From Malacoraja senta (lineage: Eukaryota): a DNA stretch of 64,000 nt. The DNA lies in assembly GCA_038087875.1 (NCBI GenBank), contig CM075988.1:19096001-19160000 (forward strand), written 5' to 3'. Both the position numbers and the translations under genes were made by a program. The number at the start of each line of letters is the position of its first letter. Position 1 is the stretch's first letter. Below the pieces are notes generated by a model that worked only from the letters and a program-made list of their open reading frames with translations, was not told where the DNA came from and ran no database searches. Below are positions 62,887 to 64,000 of this stretch, in pieces.

Positions 62887-64000
62887 CCCGATATGTCACC
62901 CATCCTTTTTCTCTAGAGATGCTGGCTGACCTGCTGAGTTACTCCAGCCCTTTGCGTCTTTTCTTGTAGCCCGTGTTACTCCAGCACTTTGTGTCTTTTT
63001 CTGTAAACCACCATCCGCAGTTCCTTGTGCCTCCAAATTATGAATTGTGTCTCATTTATCATTGTGGAAAAGAAACCTCTCCATGGTATATTTTATAGCT
63101 TCACTATGTCTTTTGAACTTGAAACCTTTGAACTGAATACAGAAAATGCTGGAAACCCTCAGCTGGTCAGGCATCATCTACGGGAAGAGAAATAGAATCT
63201 TGTGAACGGATGATCGATGGTCGGCCTGGACTTGGTGGGCCAAAGGGCCTGTTTCCATACTGTCTTTCAATCGGATAAACTTTTTTAGGTTTGCACACAC
63301 ACAATGGGCTGAATGGTTTTCTTCTGCGCCTGTTTTGGGTTAATGCAAAACTCAGAAAATCCAGACAACTTTCTCCCACTAATTTAGTCAACGTTTTGAC
63401 ATTTCCCAACAGACAGAACACCCTGGGGGCAGATCTCCTGCATTGTATTATATCATACAACAGTCCTGTCAAGGTAAAACAACATGTCATCTAACTCACC
63501 AGACACACTGTCAGAGGACATCTACTTAACTTAATTACTTTCACTTCTCAGACCCCCATAGATAATCCGTGTTATTATTTACTTCTTATTCTTCTCAAAG
63601 CCTGTTTTAATTCTTTTTTAATCTTCATTTTCAGAATAAGGGCTGTGGCAGACCAAGTAAGCCGCCGGTATTGTTGGCTCAGCTGTAATTTAATCGAAGC
63701 CATTTTGAGAAAACAAATGTGGTTCTGAAGTGATCGGTGTAGTTGTACAAGCAATCTGCTGGCCACAAGTCTGAGCCCACGACTGACGGCTCCCTTTGTG
63801 TGTCAGCCTCCGCTTGTTCTGCTTTGGAGGCAGCGCCAATTGGCATGTGTGGTGATGGTTTGTCGTTCGTTAGCGTTGAGACCGGCGAGTCAGGACAGTA
63901 GGCAGCACACAAACACTGACAAGAACTTTCACATATTGTGAGAAGAGAGCATAATTAGTACAGCACTCTTTACATTTATTGGAGAGGCGTAACACCACTT

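Overview
A repeat-dense, apparently non-genic (intronic or intergenic) vertebrate window. The repeat families are typical of cartilaginous fish, probably a skate or ray; this is inferred from the elasmobranch-type tRNA/V-domain SINE with a CR1 tail. I found no convincing host protein-coding exon. Every long ORF comes from a retrotransposon: CR1 ORF2 (including one nearly complete frameshifted copy at 35.0-37.9 kb), L1 ORF2 C-terminus (three copies of one family), and Tx1-like, Rex1/Babar-like and Penelope-like fragments. There are about 25 tRNA-derived SINEs, about 30 short Penelope-derived pieces, one Harbinger-like MITE and a 200-N assembly gap. The most interesting signal is RNA structure in short non-autonomous retroelements. 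(i) A 175-bp element (50065-50239, minus) begins with a 52-nt, P4-less HDV-like ribozyme fold. (ii) A 414-bp TSD-flanked RTE-type element (21935-22348) starts exactly at P1 of an HDV-like fold, and a second copy carries a different 3' tail. (iii) Palindromic Penelope-derived inserts with 13-16 bp TSDs carry minimal hammerhead cores. All folds were derived by eye and catalytic activity is untested. Coordinates of old repeats are approximate.
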